NCBI GenBank assembly: GCA_964528155.1
Contig: CAZGRL010000009.1
Span: 12,035 to 76,034, forward strand
Length of the DNA: 64,000 bases
DNA from: an uncultured Anaerolineaceae bacterium
GTDB lineage: Bacteria > Chloroflexota > Anaerolineae > Anaerolineales > E44-bin32
Direction: 5' to 3'
Both the position numbers and the translations under genes were made by a program. Positions 61,655-64,000 of this stretch are shown here, in pieces; the stretch's first letter is position 1; the number at the start of each line of letters is the position of its first letter. The notes under the pieces were generated by a model. That model was not told where the DNA came from and made no database searches. It saw only the letters and a list, made by a program, of their open reading frames with translations.

Positions 61655-62575
61655 ATGGGCTTGAAAACCAGATCTTTTGCCAGATACGCCTGGGGCGTCC
61701 TGGCATACACGTTAGCTGTGATCCTCTGGGGTGCGTACGTTCGCGCCACAGGATCGGGCGCGGGTTGCGGGAGTCACTGGCCCTTGTGCAACGGCGTGGT
61801 CATCCCGATCTCACCTCGCGTTGAGACTCTGGTTGAGTTCACCCATCGCGCGAGCAGCGGTCTGACGCTGCTTCTAGTGGGCGGCATGGTCGTGTGGGGT
61901 TGGATGGCCTTTCCCCGCCGACACCCGGTTCGCCTAGCGGTGCTGCTTTCGGTCCTCTTCGTCTTGAGCGAAGCCGCGGTCGGGGCCGGTCTCGTGCACT
62001 TCGAACTCGTGGCTGAGAACGCCTCGGCGGCGCGGGCGATCACGATCGCGGCTCACCTGGTGAACACGTTCCTGCTGCTGGGCGCGCTCACACTGACCGC
62101 GTGGTGGGCATCGAAAGACAGCCGTCTCGAGTTGCGATCTCAAGGGGCGGTGATGTGGATTCTGGGGCTGTCTATGGCAGGTGTGCTCATTCTGGGGATG
62201 AGCGGGGCCGTCACGGCCTTGGGGGACACTTTGTTCCCGGCGGAGTCTCTGGTCCAGGGACTGCAGCAAGACCTCAACCCGACCGCGTATTTTCTGCTCC
62301 GGTTGCGGGTCGTACACCCACTTCTGGCAATGATTGTTGCCTTTGGCGCCAGCGTGGGGGCGCTCACAATACGGGAGTGGAGGGACAACGTGACGACCGG
62401 CCGGCTGGCGCTCGGTCTGGTCGGTCTCTTCGGAGTGCAAGTCCTGGCCGGCCTGGCCAACGTAGTGCTGCTGGCGCCGATATGGCTCCAACAGGTCCAT
62501 CTGTTGCTGGCGGATCTGGTGTGGGTGTGTCTTGTGCTCCTGGCTGCTTCGGCGCTGGCCGCGCCCGAGGGGTGA
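61655..62575 (+). CDS. ctaA: Heme A synthase (COX15/CtaA family)
   Basis: VRATGSGAGCGSHWPLCNG, conserved His residues in TM helices (FTHR, AAHL, VHPLL, QVHLL), and 8 TM helices. I prefer the ATG at 61655 over the track start at 61568. Confidence 0.8.
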   Translation: MGLKTRSFARYAWGVLAYTLAVILWGAYVRATGSGAGCGSHWPLCNGVVIPISPRVETLVEFTHRASSGLTLLLVGGMVVWGWMAFPRRHPVRLAVLLSVLFVLSEAAVGAGLVHFELVAENASAARAITIAAHLVNTFLLLGALTLTAWWASKDSRLELRSQGAVMWILGLSMAGVLILGMSGAVTALGDTLFPAESLVQGLQQDLNPTAYFLLRLRVVHPLLAMIVAFGASVGALTIREWRDNVTTGRLALGLVGLFGVQVLAGLANVVLLAPIWLQQVHLLLADLVWVCLVLLAASALAAPEG

Positions 62576-62852
62576 GACGGTGCGCGACCGCTCTGGATTT
62601 GTCGCTCAAGGCAGGCCTCTTCGGGTCGCATAAGACGAACCGCCGAATGTGGGGGGGCATCCGGCGGTTCAAGATCTTCGGGGGTACCCATCACTCGTGT
62701 CGGGGGGACACGCGAGTGACAGGAAACAGCCCCCACGACAAACCCGGATACCGACACGGGGGAGAAGAAGCCCGGGCTGTCTGCGATGAATATTAGCACA
62801 ATTCAGACCCGGTTTTCATTAATAGTGGTTTAGTCAGAGCTGACTTCACATC

Positions 62853-63329
62853 TCACTTCTCCGGGTGTGACTTCCGGAAAAGCTCCTGCCATTCCTTGAC
62901 GTCGTCATCCGTCAAATCGCTGTCGGGCTTCTCGCGCTGGCCGGTGCGGCGATCCGATTTCGACATCGACCGAACGAACTCGGGGCTGGACAACACCCGG
63001 GCACCGGCGCGGCGGGCCGAGGCCTGAACTTCCTGGTCGGAGGACACGACGGTCCAATTGCGGGCGGCTCCCTTCAGATGGTCGAGGTGCTGCACGATCG
63101 CCTGATCGGCCGATCGGGGCGGTCTGACGAAACGCACCGAAAGCCCGCCGGCGTCCTTCAGGGCTTGCATCGCCGGCGCGCCTCGGTCGAAATAGACTGT
63201 GACCCGGCGTCGAGTGCGCGCGCAGAATCGTCTCAACTCATCGACAAGGAGCATCTCATCGTCCGGGTCATCCAGACGAATCTGCTTCATCGCTCCGATC
63301 AGGTTGTGGCCATCGATGATGTATGCCAA
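62853..63329 (-). CDS. NYN-domain (YacP/DUF901-like) predicted RNA-binding/RNase protein
   Basis: The N-terminal AYIIDGHNLIG and the pattern ...VTVYFD.....VRFV......AD..I... are typical of YacP-like NYN proteins. Confidence 0.7.
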   Translation of the reverse strand: MAYIIDGHNLIGAMKQIRLDDPDDEMLLVDELRRFCARTRRRVTVYFDRGAPAMQALKDAGGLSVRFVRPPRSADQAIVQHLDHLKGAARNWTVVSSDQEVQASARRAGARVLSSPEFVRSMSKSDRRTGQREKPDSDLTDDDVKEWQELFRKSHPEK

Positions 63330-63443
63330 GAGGTGTCTCCGGGAGTGGAGCGGAACGAAGGATCCTCAACGCGCCCGATTCTAGGATGCCCAGAGATCGC
63401 GGTCAATTCCGTTTTCGCCGTACCTGTGCTATGATCCGCGTCG

Positions 63444-64000
63444 ATGGGCAGCGTGCGTCGTGCGAACTCTCGTCAATACCTGGCATACCTCCTTCTGAAC
63501 GTCATCGTATCCGCGGTTACGATCATCCTGGTTATGGCGATCTGGGGTCGGGTATCGGCGCCGGCCGAACCGACAGCCACGCCCACGCTGGATGCTGTGG
63601 CGTTGATCGCCAGCGCGGTGCCGACTCCGACTGTCACACTTCCTCCAACGCCAACCCCGGTCACGTACACCGTCGAGTCGGGTGACACACTCTTCAGCAT
63701 CGCCATCGATCTGGAGATCCCCGTCGACGCATTGATGGCGGCCAACGGGCTGACGGATCCCGACAAGCTCTCGGTTGGCCAGGTGCTGCTTGTGCCATCG
63801 CTCGAGGAGGCGCAGGCGTTGATCCCGACAGCCACAATTCGTCCTACTGAGCCGTTGTTCACCTTCACGCCCAATCCAGATTCTCAGGCGCCGAACGTTG
63901 TCATCCGAGGAGTGAGCGGCTCAGGAGATCTGGCCACGGAGGCGGTGTTCCTGATCAACTCGGGCGGCGTGGCGGCGATGGCCGGTTGGTCGATGGATGA
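63444..64000 (+). CDS. LysM-domain membrane-anchored protein (3' end outside the window)
   Basis: The ATG at 63444 lies 8 nt after an extended -10 (TGCTATGAT). N-terminal TM segment (YLAYLLLNVIVSAVTIILVMAIW). LysM domain TYTVESGDTLFSIAIDLEIPVDALMAANGLTDPDKLSVGQVLLVP. The frame stays open to the window edge, so it is not in the ORF track. Confidence 0.75.
   Translation, partial: MGSVRRANSRQYLAYLLLNVIVSAVTIILVMAIWGRVSAPAEPTATPTLDAVALIASAVPTPTVTLPPTPTPVTYTVESGDTLFSIAIDLEIPVDALMAANGLTDPDKLSVGQVLLVPSLEEAQALIPTATIRPTEPLFTFTPNPDSQAPNVVIRGVSGSGDLATEAVFLINSGGVAAMAGWSMD

Overview
This is a gene-dense, high-GC (about 60-65% by eye) bacterial chromosomal segment. The gene content suggests a monoderm lineage such as Chloroflexota or Actinomycetota: an LPXTG sorting signal, the SCO1664/DUF3090/phosphomutase trio, GT-C glycosyltransferases, and many extended -10 promoters with leaderless starts. 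The phylum cannot be fixed from sequence alone.

I support about 50 protein genes:
- Housekeeping: uvrC, rarA, lexA, guaA, xpt, rsgA, maf, PBP2, coaE, ctaA, class I aldolase and PGM/PMM.
- An FHA/PP2C phospho-signalling cluster.
- An ion-transport block: two tandem ClC channels, a LysE exporter and a Kef-type antiporter.

There are three tRNA genes (Pro-TGG, Gly-TCC and a CAT anticodon), each with its own sigma70-like promoter. I also found a lexA promoter with Cheo-type SOS boxes and several strong hairpin terminators. I saw no CRISPR array, rRNA, transposase or integrase.

The items most worth follow-up are:
- The conserved but functionally unassigned kinase-like/DUF3090/histidine-phosphatase cassette (20.3-22.3 kb).
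- A kinase-less FHA-PP2C cluster with a catalytically degenerate PP2C-like membrane protein (32.2-38.5 kb).
- A 744-bp intergenic region (12.55-13.3 kb) holding an AT-rich cluster of DnaA-box-like sites, plus a promoter-to-terminator unit that looks like a structured ncRNA.
- A family of very long GC-rich perfect palindromes in intergenic DNA.
- An in-frame YCII/ECF-sigma-tail fusion that looks like a deletion scar.
- A glycerate kinase gene with no canonical start codon (probable CTG start).
- Recurrent leaderless gene starts.

All functional calls rest on motifs read by eye from the translations. No database search was run.
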